A DNA stretch of 64,000 bases from the NCBI GenBank assembly GCA_949292245.1, contig CASEYV010000002.1, positions 16,150-80,149 on the forward strand. Reading direction: 5' to 3'. Positions 9,971-18,786 of this stretch are shown piece after piece (the stretch's first letter is position 1; each line of letters begins with the position of its first letter). The notes beneath the pieces were generated by a model. That model was not told the DNA's origin. It made no database searches and saw only the letters and a list, made by a program, of their open reading frames with translations. The position numbers were made by a program, and so were the translations under genes. Source of the DNA: an uncultured bacterium (GTDB lineage Bacteria; Bacillota_I; Bacilli_A; RF39; UBA660).

Positions 9971-10363
9971 ATGATATTTAAATTTAGTATCTGTGATTAC
10001 GAAGGAAGCGACAATTTGTACTTCGACGTAGATAACAACCTAACAAGAGAAGAAATAATTGAAAAAATTCATGAAGCATTGAGAAATCATGTCAAAAACG
10101 AATTAGATGAGGATAGCAAAAGACCTATAGGAAAAAAAATTTATTGTACAGAAACAAAAGGTATTGAATCCTTTGGTGGTTCTAAAAAATTAAATAAAGA
10201 ATTTGAGAAAGTAGGATTAAAAAAAATTAAAATACCTACCTATAACATATGGTACGATGAAGATGCCTACACTCTCTTAGGAATAGATACAAAATGTAGA
10301 GGACCTGAAAACTGTCAAAAAGTATGGTGTGATAAGGTACACGAATGGAAAAAAAATAAATAA
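9971..10363 (+). CDS. Hypothetical protein, domain A with Cys-rich tail
   Basis: Junction motif plus GGAGG RBS. Confidence 0.75.
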   Translation: MIFKFSICDYEGSDNLYFDVDNNLTREEIIEKIHEALRNHVKNELDEDSKRPIGKKIYCTETKGIESFGGSKKLNKEFEKVGLKKIKIPTYNIWYDEDAYTLLGIDTKCRGPENCQKVWCDKVHEWKKNK

Positions 10364-10374
10364 GAGGTATAAAA

Positions 10375-10584
10375 ATGAAAATAGATGAAAAAGTATTAGA
10401 TGTAATTGCTATAGATATAAACCAAAGATACGAAGAAAACGAAACAAATCCCCCAGATAATATAAATGAGTATATCAATATAACAACTCGCCTTGAAGGA
10501 AGATTAGATATTATAGATTTTCTAAAAGGCATATTAAAAGATGATAAAGATATAATAAAATATTTAAATTCTATAATGGAATAG
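10375..10584 (+). CDS. Hypothetical protein
   Basis: GAGGT RBS. Confidence 0.7.
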   Translation: MKIDEKVLDVIAIDINQRYEENETNPPDNINEYINITTRLEGRLDIIDFLKGILKDDKDIIKYLNSIME

Positions 10585-10589
10585 ATATT

Positions 10590-10754
10590 ATGACAAAAGA
10601 TATTAAAATATTAGAGGACCATATTTACACACTTTTAACGGAATTATATAAAAATTTCTATAAAATGGAAACAGATGAAGCACACTATCTAATGAAAACA
10701 ATCGAATACCAAATGGATATACTCGAAAAAATAAAATATGGAGAATCAATATAA
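10590..10754 (+). CDS. Small hypothetical protein
   Basis: 54-codon ORF filling the gap in the operon. Confidence 0.5.
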   Translation: MTKDIKILEDHIYTLLTELYKNFYKMETDEAHYLMKTIEYQMDILEKIKYGESI

Positions 10755-10782
10755 TATTAAACGGTATATAGGAGATTCAAAA

Positions 10783-11223
10783 ATGAAAATAACAGGCGAA
10801 ATACTACAGAAAATAGAAAATAAGCTATGGGAGAAATTGAAAAATTTAAATAAAAATGAAAAACAATTAATAGAAGATAGAAGTATATCATATTTCAGTA
10901 TGAGTGAATTTGCTGATGCTTATGGATGTATCTACTGTATAAATTACTTACAAGAATTAAAGGAAATAATTAATGATAATGAAGGTTATATCAGACACTA
11001 TGGCTTAGAAGAGTTCAAAACAAAAAACAAAGCAGAAGTATACGGAACAAAAGAAGCAATAAAAACTCTTAAAGCTGAATATCAAAACAAATTAAATGAA
11101 TTACTCGCAGAATCTATACCTAACAACGGAGGATTATATGCAATAGAGTTATTCTCAACTGCACACTATCTTGAATCAGGAATAGACACTCTAAATGCCT
11201 TAGAAGAAAGATTAGAAGATTAA
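10783..11223 (+). CDS. Hypothetical protein
   Basis: Start after junction motif TAAACGGTATATAGGAG. Confidence 0.75.
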   Translation: MKITGEILQKIENKLWEKLKNLNKNEKQLIEDRSISYFSMSEFADAYGCIYCINYLQELKEIINDNEGYIRHYGLEEFKTKNKAEVYGTKEAIKTLKAEYQNKLNELLAESIPNNGGLYAIELFSTAHYLESGIDTLNALEERLED

Positions 11224-11252
11224 TAAAATAAAACGGTGTATAGGTAAAAATT

Positions 11253-12194
11253 ATGAATAATTCTTTAAAAAAACCTAAACTTAAATTAATGCCAGTTGGA
11301 GAAGTTAAATATAAACAAAAAGACTTTTTGAAATGTCCTTTTAATTATATTGGTGGAAAACATAAAATACTCCCCCAATTATTTACTGCATTTCCAGAAA
11401 ACAATGATATTTTCCTAGACATGTTTGGTGGAGGATTCAATGTTGGAATTAACAGCAATGCTTCTAAAATCATCTATAATGACCAATTAACTCCTTTAGT
11501 TGAATTATTTAAATATCTTCAAGACAATTCATGCGAGGATATTATAAATTATATTGAAACCACAATTAAAGATAACAATATTAGAAAAGATGAAAAAGAA
11601 GGGTTTCTTCAATTTAGGAATCAATACAATCAATCTGAAGAAAAATTCCCTTTAGATTTATACGTATTAGTTTCATTCTCATTTAATTATCAATTCAGAT
11701 TCAATAATAGTGGTGAATACAATAGTTCACATGGAACTAACCGTAGTTCTTTTACAAAGAACATGAAAGAACGATTAATACAATATATCAATATTATTCA
11801 TGAAAAAGATATAATATTTTTAAATAAAGATTTTACACAGTTAGATTATTCTATTTTAACTGAAGATAGCTTTGTTTATTGCGACCCTCCTTATTTGATA
11901 ACTACAGGTTCATATAATGATGGTAATAGAGGTTTCAAAAACTGGACCATAAAAGAAGAAAAAAATTTATTGAAATTATTATCAAAACTTGATAAAAAAG
12001 GAATTGATTTTGCATTATCTAATGTAACTATTCATGATGGAAAACAAAATGATTTATTACTTGATTGGATTGAAGCAAATGAATTTACTGCATTAGATAT
12101 TAATTCAGATTATAGCAACTCTAATTATCATAAAAAAAATAAAGATAAAGAAAAAAATACAGAAGTATTAGTAATTAATTATTCTTTTAAATGA
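11253..12194 (+). CDS. Dam/D12-class N6-adenine DNA methyltransferase, orphan
   Basis: PFNYIGGK, DMFGGG, YCDPPY, ALSN, EVLVINY. Confidence 0.92.
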   Translation: MNNSLKKPKLKLMPVGEVKYKQKDFLKCPFNYIGGKHKILPQLFTAFPENNDIFLDMFGGGFNVGINSNASKIIYNDQLTPLVELFKYLQDNSCEDIINYIETTIKDNNIRKDEKEGFLQFRNQYNQSEEKFPLDLYVLVSFSFNYQFRFNNSGEYNSSHGTNRSSFTKNMKERLIQYINIIHEKDIIFLNKDFTQLDYSILTEDSFVYCDPPYLITTGSYNDGNRGFKNWTIKEEKNLLKLLSKLDKKGIDFALSNVTIHDGKQNDLLLDWIEANEFTALDINSDYSNSNYHKKNKDKEKNTEVLVINYSFK

Positions 12195-12211
12195 TTTATT
12201 AAGGTGATTAA

Positions 12212-12787
12212 ATGATGTACGAATTAATACTTAAAGACTATAATGAATATGATGAGGAATCCTTTTTTTATGAGTCAGAGATAGAATATAATTCAGAAGA
12301 GTTTTTTAATATAATTTTAGAAGCAATTCATACTGTATCCGAAATAATGGAATCAAATAGTAAATCAATAACAGGTAAACCATATAACATATACAACATC
12401 GTTGTAAGTAAAGAATTCTCTGAAGAATTAAAAAAATACGATATACATATCATAAATTTTCAAACTCACGAATTAAACAATTCATTTGATTCAGTAGAAA
12501 AGGTTTTAAAAAAATACAAATATGTTAATAAAAAAGAAATCATTAAAACAATCACTAATTTATTTAAAAAAACAAAAAATGAACCACATATGGGCGGAAA
12601 ACTTATATCATCTAAAATCTTCGGCAACTACATTCTAATAGAAGCCGAAAAAACAATGGATACAAATATGATTAATACAATAAAAGAAACTTTAAATAAT
12701 ATAAACGATATAAATAAAGTTCACTTAACAGGTTCAAATAAAAATATGAGTTTGTTAATATACGAAATGGAATTTTATTATGAATAA
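12212..12787 (+). CDS. Hypothetical protein, domains A+B
   Basis: GGTGA RBS; paralogy with 9402 and 13104. Confidence 0.75.
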   Translation: MMYELILKDYNEYDEESFFYESEIEYNSEEFFNIILEAIHTVSEIMESNSKSITGKPYNIYNIVVSKEFSEELKKYDIHIINFQTHELNNSFDSVEKVLKKYKYVNKKEIIKTITNLFKKTKNEPHMGGKLISSKIFGNYILIEAEKTMDTNMINTIKETLNNINDINKVHLTGSNKNMSLLIYEMEFYYE

Positions 12788-13134
12788 AAATGAAATAGAA
12801 TTAAAAATTAATTGAATAAGTAGATGAATGAGGATTGATAAAATGGAAAAAGAAAATATACCATACATTATAGCAATATTTATTGTTATATTATTAGTTA
12901 TAATTATAGAATATTATTTATATTTATTTATATCACAGATGACTATTATTAACGATGCAACAGATTTTTATTTTGCCATGCAAAATTATGGTTTATTGTT
13001 ATTCCCAATGTTTATAGGGGCTGGGGTAATATGTTTTATTAGAAGGCTTATAGAAGAATAAGGTGAAATATGAACCTGTTAATATACAAAATGGAATTTT
13101 ATTATGAATAAAAATGGAATAGAATTTAAAATTA
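12742..13134 (+). repeat. 69-bp direct repeat (12742-12810 and 13066-13134; 6 mismatches) flanking a small membrane gene
   Basis: Direct alignment. Confidence 0.9.
12828..13061 (+). CDS. Small two-TM membrane protein
   Basis: Two hydrophobic stretches. Confidence 0.7.
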   Translation: MRIDKMEKENIPYIIAIFIVILLVIIIEYYLYLFISQMTIINDATDFYFAMQNYGLLLFPMFIGAGVICFIRRLIEE

Positions 13135-13355
13135 GAACGATATTTGAATTAGCAAATGGACAAGTAGGAATGGGCCAAGGACTCAAAGACATAAAATTCA
13201 TCAACAACGACTACATCTTAATAGAGTCAAATCATCCAATGAATGCAAGAATGATAACCCTCTTAATGAAAAACCTACACGAATCCATTAACGCAGATAT
13301 AATAACTAGCTTTCGAAAAAACACCGTTTTAATATTAAAATTAAACGATATATGA
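13104..13355 (+). CDS. Hypothetical protein, stand-alone domain B
   Basis: YILIES/YILIEA/YVFIET pattern shared with 12212 and 5466. Confidence 0.7.
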   Translation: MNKNGIEFKIRTIFELANGQVGMGQGLKDIKFINNDYILIESNHPMNARMITLLMKNLHESINADIITSFRKNTVLILKLNDI

Positions 13356-13363
13356 GGAAAAAA

Positions 13364-13972
13364 ATGACTGTAATATTAGCATCTAAAGATTTATCAAACG
13401 ATAGTATATATATAGGTTCAGACCTACTTAGCAGTACCGAATACAACGTCTACAAAAAAACTAAAATCATCAAAAAAGAAGATAAAGATGGAAACCTTAT
13501 AGTTTTTGCTGTAGCTGGATACACATGGCTAGTTGACTACATTAAAAATTATGACCTAAAAATAATAAACGATGTATCCCATTCCCCATACAACTATATC
13601 AAAAAAGTATTATTTTGTATGTACGATGATTTATTAGAAAATGCACTAATCCCAATCTATGATGAGGAAAAAGACACTTGCTCCAATATAATCATAATAT
13701 ATAAAAACAACATCTACAGTATACAAAGCAACTTTGCCATATTAGAAGAAGACAACTATGAAGTCATCGGAAGTGGATACCCAACAGCTACTGGAGCATT
13801 TTTAGCATCAAAAATGGCAGGGCTCTCCATCAAAAAATCAATAGAGTCAGCACTTAAAATAACCATAGACAACAACAAAAGCTGTGGATTAGGATACGAA
13901 ATCTACAAAATAAAAAATAACGAAATAAAACTAATAAAATCAAAAGAACAATACATGGGGGTAATAAATTGA
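13364..13972 (+). CDS. Ntn-hydrolase, HslV / proteasome beta-subunit-like peptidase
   Basis: N-terminal M-T-V, IGSD, AVAG and IGSG motifs. Confidence 0.75.
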   Translation: MTVILASKDLSNDSIYIGSDLLSSTEYNVYKKTKIIKKEDKDGNLIVFAVAGYTWLVDYIKNYDLKIINDVSHSPYNYIKKVLFCMYDDLLENALIPIYDEEKDTCSNIIIIYKNNIYSIQSNFAILEEDNYEVIGSGYPTATGAFLASKMAGLSIKKSIESALKITIDNNKSCGLGYEIYKIKNNEIKLIKSKEQYMGVIN

Positions 13973-14248
13973 ACGATATAAATAAAATTAAATAATAAGC
14001 TTCTTTTTTTTATCTTATACTAATTTTTTTTATTTTTATACTATACTTTTATATACTATAAATTATCAACATAATTATAGGTGATATTATTTTAATCAAG
14101 GAATATCGTTATAAAGGGACAGATGGAATTCTTTTAATTGATGAAGACATTACAACAGATGTTTTTCTATCATTAGAAGAAATTGATAAGATAGTAGATT
14201 TTTATTATGATATGAAAGCTAAAGAATTAAATAACAAAATAAACGATA

Positions 14249-14812
14249 TTGGGGAATGAAATGAGTTGGATTCAAGAGTCAAGAATAGTAAAACTTAAAA
14301 AAGATAAACCACTTAAAGATGGTAATGTATCATGTTATATTACTGCATCTACTCAATTATATGGTATAACCAAAGCATTTGCTGTAAATAAAAATAACGA
14401 AGTAATTTCTTTTAATGATAAAGTGTATTACGGAAGGCCTGAAGATATTCTAAAGACTTATACATTTAAAGAGCTTGGAGTAACAGAAAATTATTTCAAT
14501 AAACACTATATGGATAAAAAATTTTTATTTGTAATACCGTTTAATACTTATATTGAACCATATAAATTAGAGAAAAAAGTAAGGGGTACAAGAAAAATTG
14601 AAAAAGATGAACTACCTATATTAAAATTTTTGATAGTTGAAAATTATTGTCATGGGGAAAAAATTAATCCATTTGACATTCCTAATCATCTACATGAATT
14701 TTGTATGGAGTTAGATATTATTGATGCATTAACTTGGTATCAATCCCACAACAAAAGGGAAGGACTTTTAGATTATATTAATTATTTTGAAGACTTACGT
14801 AACAAAAGGTGA
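14249..14812 (+). CDS. Hypothetical protein
   Basis: 187-aa ORF. Confidence 0.75.
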   Translation: MGNEMSWIQESRIVKLKKDKPLKDGNVSCYITASTQLYGITKAFAVNKNNEVISFNDKVYYGRPEDILKTYTFKELGVTENYFNKHYMDKKFLFVIPFNTYIEPYKLEKKVRGTRKIEKDELPILKFLIVENYCHGEKINPFDIPNHLHEFCMELDIIDALTWYQSHNKREGLLDYINYFEDLRNKR

Positions 14813-15347
14813 TTATTTGTCAGATGTTGTAATATCATATAGCGATATGGCGGATTTTATTATGAAATGTGCTGATGAATTTACTGAATATTGTGATGAA
14901 AATAATATAGACACAATGGATTTTTATGGTAGTTTTGATAGATTATATGATAGGGCAGGAATGGTATCAGAATTAAGGGAATATGAAGATACACCGTTGT
15001 TTAATTATGTAGCAGTTGAAAATTTACATAATGCTATAGATAGATTAAGGTCTGCTATGAAAGGCTATGAATCTGAATTACCTGATTCTGAATGGGGTAA
15101 TAAAATCAGAGAATTAAATAGGATTAATCATAAATTGTCTAATAAATATAATGAATATAGACAACTTAGAATGGATTCTGAAGATTTTTATAGGGTATAC
15201 GGTTTCTATAGAGAGCTTGAAATCTTGTCAAAAGAATTAGATTATGCTCAATCATATATAAAAAGTACAAACTCTGCTCTAAAATTATTATTAAAACGAA
15301 GTATACCAGAATTAATTAAAATAAGTGCTAAATATAGTGATTTATAA
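14787..15347 (+). CDS. Hypothetical helical protein
   Basis: 186-aa ORF; likely TTG start after GGTGA. Confidence 0.75.
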   Translation: MKTYVTKGDYLSDVVISYSDMADFIMKCADEFTEYCDENNIDTMDFYGSFDRLYDRAGMVSELREYEDTPLFNYVAVENLHNAIDRLRSAMKGYESELPDSEWGNKIRELNRINHKLSNKYNEYRQLRMDSEDFYRVYGFYRELEILSKELDYAQSYIKSTNSALKLLLKRSIPELIKISAKYSDL

Positions 15348-15430
15348 TGAATATCATAGGATATATTGGTGGATTATATATTTTTTTAATTATTATTATA
15401 TTTTTCATCTACATAATAAGGAGGTATTAA

Positions 15431-15700
15431 ATGGATAATGAAATGAACATACATGATTACAAAGACATAATCAATAATAATTACGGTATACAGCTTGAAA
15501 TATTATTAGATAAGATAGATGACAACTTATTTTATGTTAAAAAAGAAATTGCTGTACATAAGATGAAAAAAGAGGAATTATCTCCTACATTAATTGAAGA
15601 GTTATATAACACTTTAAACGAAATAAAAGATGACTTAATAATTTATAGACAAACACTTCAGGACCATCATAATTTTCATGAAAACATTAAGGAGATTTAA
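15431..15700 (+). CDS. Hypothetical protein
   Basis: GGAGG RBS. Confidence 0.7.
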   Translation: MDNEMNIHDYKDIINNNYGIQLEILLDKIDDNLFYVKKEIAVHKMKKEELSPTLIEELYNTLNEIKDDLIIYRQTLQDHHNFHENIKEI

Positions 15701-15887
15701 TACTATGACTTTTAAAGATGATAGAAAGACAGCTCCTTTAAATATCAAGTTATATAATGATGAGAAAAAAGTTTACATACCATATTTAATATGGAATATG
15801 TTCGAAAAAACATGTTGGGATTGTGTTCCAGCACGTTTATCTGATAATTATTATTGGAATGCTCATAGGAGTTGGTTAATTGCTTGA
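15678..15887 (+). CDS. Hypothetical protein
   Basis: Overlapping operon ORF. Confidence 0.6.
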   Translation: MKTLRRFNTMTFKDDRKTAPLNIKLYNDEKKVYIPYLIWNMFEKTCWDCVPARLSDNYYWNAHRSWLIA

Positions 15888-16191
15888 AAGAGATATACAA
15901 ATGATAGCACAACATTTAACGATGTTAAATATAATGTATACTGATGAAGAAATAGCATATTTAAGAAAATTAAAAGAAGTATTACCACTATCAATATACG
16001 AAATAGTTGATACTATAGATTTACAGAACGATGGTTTTTTTGATGATATTACAGTAGTAATACAAATTCCATATCACTATGGAGAATATGCAAAAGCAAT
16101 ACTAAAAGATTACAACCCTATTATAAATTATGAAGATTATGGTATAGAATTTCATATTCCAATAATGAATATTAAAGGTGATACAGAGTGA
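15880..16191 (+). CDS. Hypothetical protein
   Basis: Overlapping operon ORF. Confidence 0.65.
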   Translation: MLERDIQMIAQHLTMLNIMYTDEEIAYLRKLKEVLPLSIYEIVDTIDLQNDGFFDDITVVIQIPYHYGEYAKAILKDYNPIINYEDYGIEFHIPIMNIKGDTE

Positions 16192-17234
16192 TAAATGGAA
16201 TTTCATTGTTTGCTAATGTTGGAATAGCTGAAACATACTTTAAAGAAAACGGCATCAATATCGTTGTAGCTAATGAATTATTGGTCGAAAGATGTAGAAT
16301 TTACAAACATATATATCCAAGTTGTGATATTATATGTGGTGATATATCTGAAAATACTATTTTTAATAAACTTGTTGAGTTATATAATTTAAACGAATGT
16401 GATTTTTTAATTGCAACTCCACCATGTCAGGGCATGAGCCAAGCTGGAAAAATGGACCCTGATGACCCAAGAAATTCATTAATAATTCATACAATAGAGT
16501 TCATTAAAAAAACACAACCATCAAACATCATAATAGAAAACGTTCCACAAATTCTCAAATTCTCAATAAAAATAAACGATGTTGAAAAAAAAATTTTAGA
16601 CTACATCGTTGAAGAATTAGAACCATTAGGATACAACATAAATTACGATGTATTAAATGCTGCCGACTACAACACTCCACAAAATAGAAAAAGAGCCATC
16701 TTTCTCATATCAAAAATTTCTAAATGGGAATTCCCAGAAAAACAACCTGAAATAACAGTAAGAGAAGCTATAGGAAACCTTCCATCATTAGAAAGCGGAG
16801 AGGTATCTAATATTCCACGTCATTATGCTAAAAACCATGCAAAAAGACATATAGTATGGATGAAATACACTCCAACTGGAAAAACTGCCTTCGATAACGA
16901 AATATATTATCCACAAAAAGATGGCAGAAAAATTAAAGGATATAGAACAACATATAAAAGAATGGAATGGGATAAACCAGCACCAACAATAACAATGTGT
17001 AATGGTTCAATCTCATCACAAAACAATGTACATCCTGGTTATAAATTAAATGATGGAACTTACTCAGATGCAAGAGTTCTATCAATATTAGAACTATTAA
17101 GACTAACAGGACTTCCAGATGACTGGAACTACCCAGAAAATATATCAGATAACTTATTAAGAAAAATCATCGGAGAAGGCTTTCCACCCCATTTCGCAGC
17201 ATCTTTATTAAAAACAATGCCAATAACCAATTAG
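16188..17234 (+). CDS. dcm: Second DNA (cytosine-5) methyltransferase, orphan
   Basis: SLFANVG, TPPCQ, IENV, PQNRKR, IGEGFPP. Confidence 0.93.
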   Translation: MINGISLFANVGIAETYFKENGINIVVANELLVERCRIYKHIYPSCDIICGDISENTIFNKLVELYNLNECDFLIATPPCQGMSQAGKMDPDDPRNSLIIHTIEFIKKTQPSNIIIENVPQILKFSIKINDVEKKILDYIVEELEPLGYNINYDVLNAADYNTPQNRKRAIFLISKISKWEFPEKQPEITVREAIGNLPSLESGEVSNIPRHYAKNHAKRHIVWMKYTPTGKTAFDNEIYYPQKDGRKIKGYRTTYKRMEWDKPAPTITMCNGSISSQNNVHPGYKLNDGTYSDARVLSILELLRLTGLPDDWNYPENISDNLLRKIIGEGFPPHFAASLLKTMPITN

Positions 17235-17245
17235 GTCGTGATAGA

Positions 17246-17542
17246 ATGACTAAATTATCATTTAAAGAAAAAGAAAAAATTCAAATCAAATTACAAAGAA
17301 TTAATAAACAATTAAACGATATTGTTGAAAATATTGAGGCTATGTACATTCTAATAAACCCAGAAGACCCACTTGAAACTTCAATATTAAATCCAGAACA
17401 TCCATTTTCTGGATGGTTAGAAAAGATAGTAAACGGCACATTAAAAGATGCCAAGAAACTTCAAAAGGAAACTAAAAAACTTCAAAAACAAGTTAAAGTT
17501 AAAAAAATTAAAAAAGATAAAAAAATAGAACAAGACATATAG
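17246..17542 (+). CDS. Hypothetical coiled-coil protein
   Basis: 98-aa ORF. Confidence 0.7.
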   Translation: MTKLSFKEKEKIQIKLQRINKQLNDIVENIEAMYILINPEDPLETSILNPEHPFSGWLEKIVNGTLKDAKKLQKETKKLQKQVKVKKIKKDKKIEQDI

Positions 17543-17753
17543 ATGAAGTTGGTGAGAAATATGAGTGAAGATAACTTATCTAAAATAATTAATATTATCT
17601 ATGATTATACATTAGACCTTCCATGTATAACAAAAATAGATGAAGATAAAATTAAGCAAACGGCTGGAAGAATTTACTCTATATTTATTGAAAAAAACAA
17701 TTAAAAAAGCAAACCGTAATATTTAAATATGATGACTTACAGAATAATTAATT

Positions 17754-18076
17754 GAATTGTAAATAATAATTATTATATACAATTCTTTTAATAAAGCCTT
17801 TAATTAGCCTCCTTAGAGATTTTATCTCTTTTTAATTAAAGTTGAAATCGTTTAATTTATTATGCGATAATAAGGGGTTCTAACCCCCTTATATCATAGG
17901 CATCTATAAGATATAAGGTATTTATTATTTTATTATAATAAATACCTGTCTATATAGTTTGACTATTGAAACAACTCTATATAAATAAAATTTGTTTAAT
18001 TAATGCTATTATAGTATATACTACTATAGCATACACACCTCCGACCCAACACGTGGAGTGATTTTATCACTCCCAC
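17754..18076. other. Non-coding block of about seven inverted repeats (candidate structured RNA or origin)
   Basis: Stems at 17754-17785, 17815-17829, 17871-17891, 17887-17918, 17916-17947, 18003-18032, 18055-18073. Confidence 0.6.
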
Positions 18077-18201
18077 CCTTTATTTTTGAAACTATTTTTT
18101 CACACATAATATTTTATATATAATAAAATTAAATATTTTAATATTTCCCTTTATTTACTGTAGAAGAACATTTTTTCTTATTTTCTTATGATACATAAAA
18201 C

Positions 18202-18216
18202 AAAAGTTTTATATAC
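18202..18216 (+). promoter_or_regulatory. BRE-TATA promoter AAAAGTTTTATATAC (identical copy at 24320-24334)
   Basis: Archaeal TATA consensus about 45-60 nt upstream of ATGs. Confidence 0.6.
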
Positions 18217-18262
18217 CTAATCTAATATATTATACCTTAACAAAAAAAAGTGAGGTAAATAT

Positions 18263-18697
18263 ATGAAATTAAAGAAAGATACTGCATCTACTAACATTAA
18301 AATAAGTAGAGATTTACAGCAGATACTTAAAGACAGTAAAAATAAGGGTGAAAATTATGATAACTGCATAAGAAGACTCATTAAAGGAACTGTAAAGAGA
18401 AATGGGGTTATTATTTCACAGGAAGATAGTGCGTTTGGTTTATCCGATATTTACTACAATGATGATTTTACTGATACCGTAGAAAAATTTAAAGAAATAT
18501 CATTTTCTATGCTAAAAGAGGCACAAGTCGGAGATATATTTAAACCAGAAGAACCAGAAGATATAGACTTAGAAAACAAGAGTAATGAGTCATTAGAAGT
18601 AGTATCAAAAACTGATAAAGCTTGTTATTGTGTTTTATATACACATAAAAACGATATTCTATCTGATACTGAAGCTATAACATTTACTTGGTTATGA
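18263..18697 (+). CDS. Protein with N-terminal ribbon-helix-helix-like DNA-binding domain
   Basis: TNIKISRDLQQILK...GENYDNCIRRLI pattern. Confidence 0.6.
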   Translation: MKLKKDTASTNIKISRDLQQILKDSKNKGENYDNCIRRLIKGTVKRNGVIISQEDSAFGLSDIYYNDDFTDTVEKFKEISFSMLKEAQVGDIFKPEEPEDIDLENKSNESLEVVSKTDKACYCVLYTHKNDILSDTEAITFTWL

Positions 18698-18786
18698 TAA
18701 GAATATTTATATAATTAATAAAACTAATAATAATTTTAGCTGAAAACTATTTCGTTTAATAAAAAAATTTTAGAGAGGTTTTATCA

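Noticed and set aside
12742-13134. DGR TR/VR pair
   Set aside because: Mismatches are not confined to adenines of one copy, and there is no RT
17754-18076. tRNA or rRNA gene
   Set aside because: No cloverleaf, T-loop GTTCRA in tRNA context, or rRNA signature recognised here or elsewhere in the window
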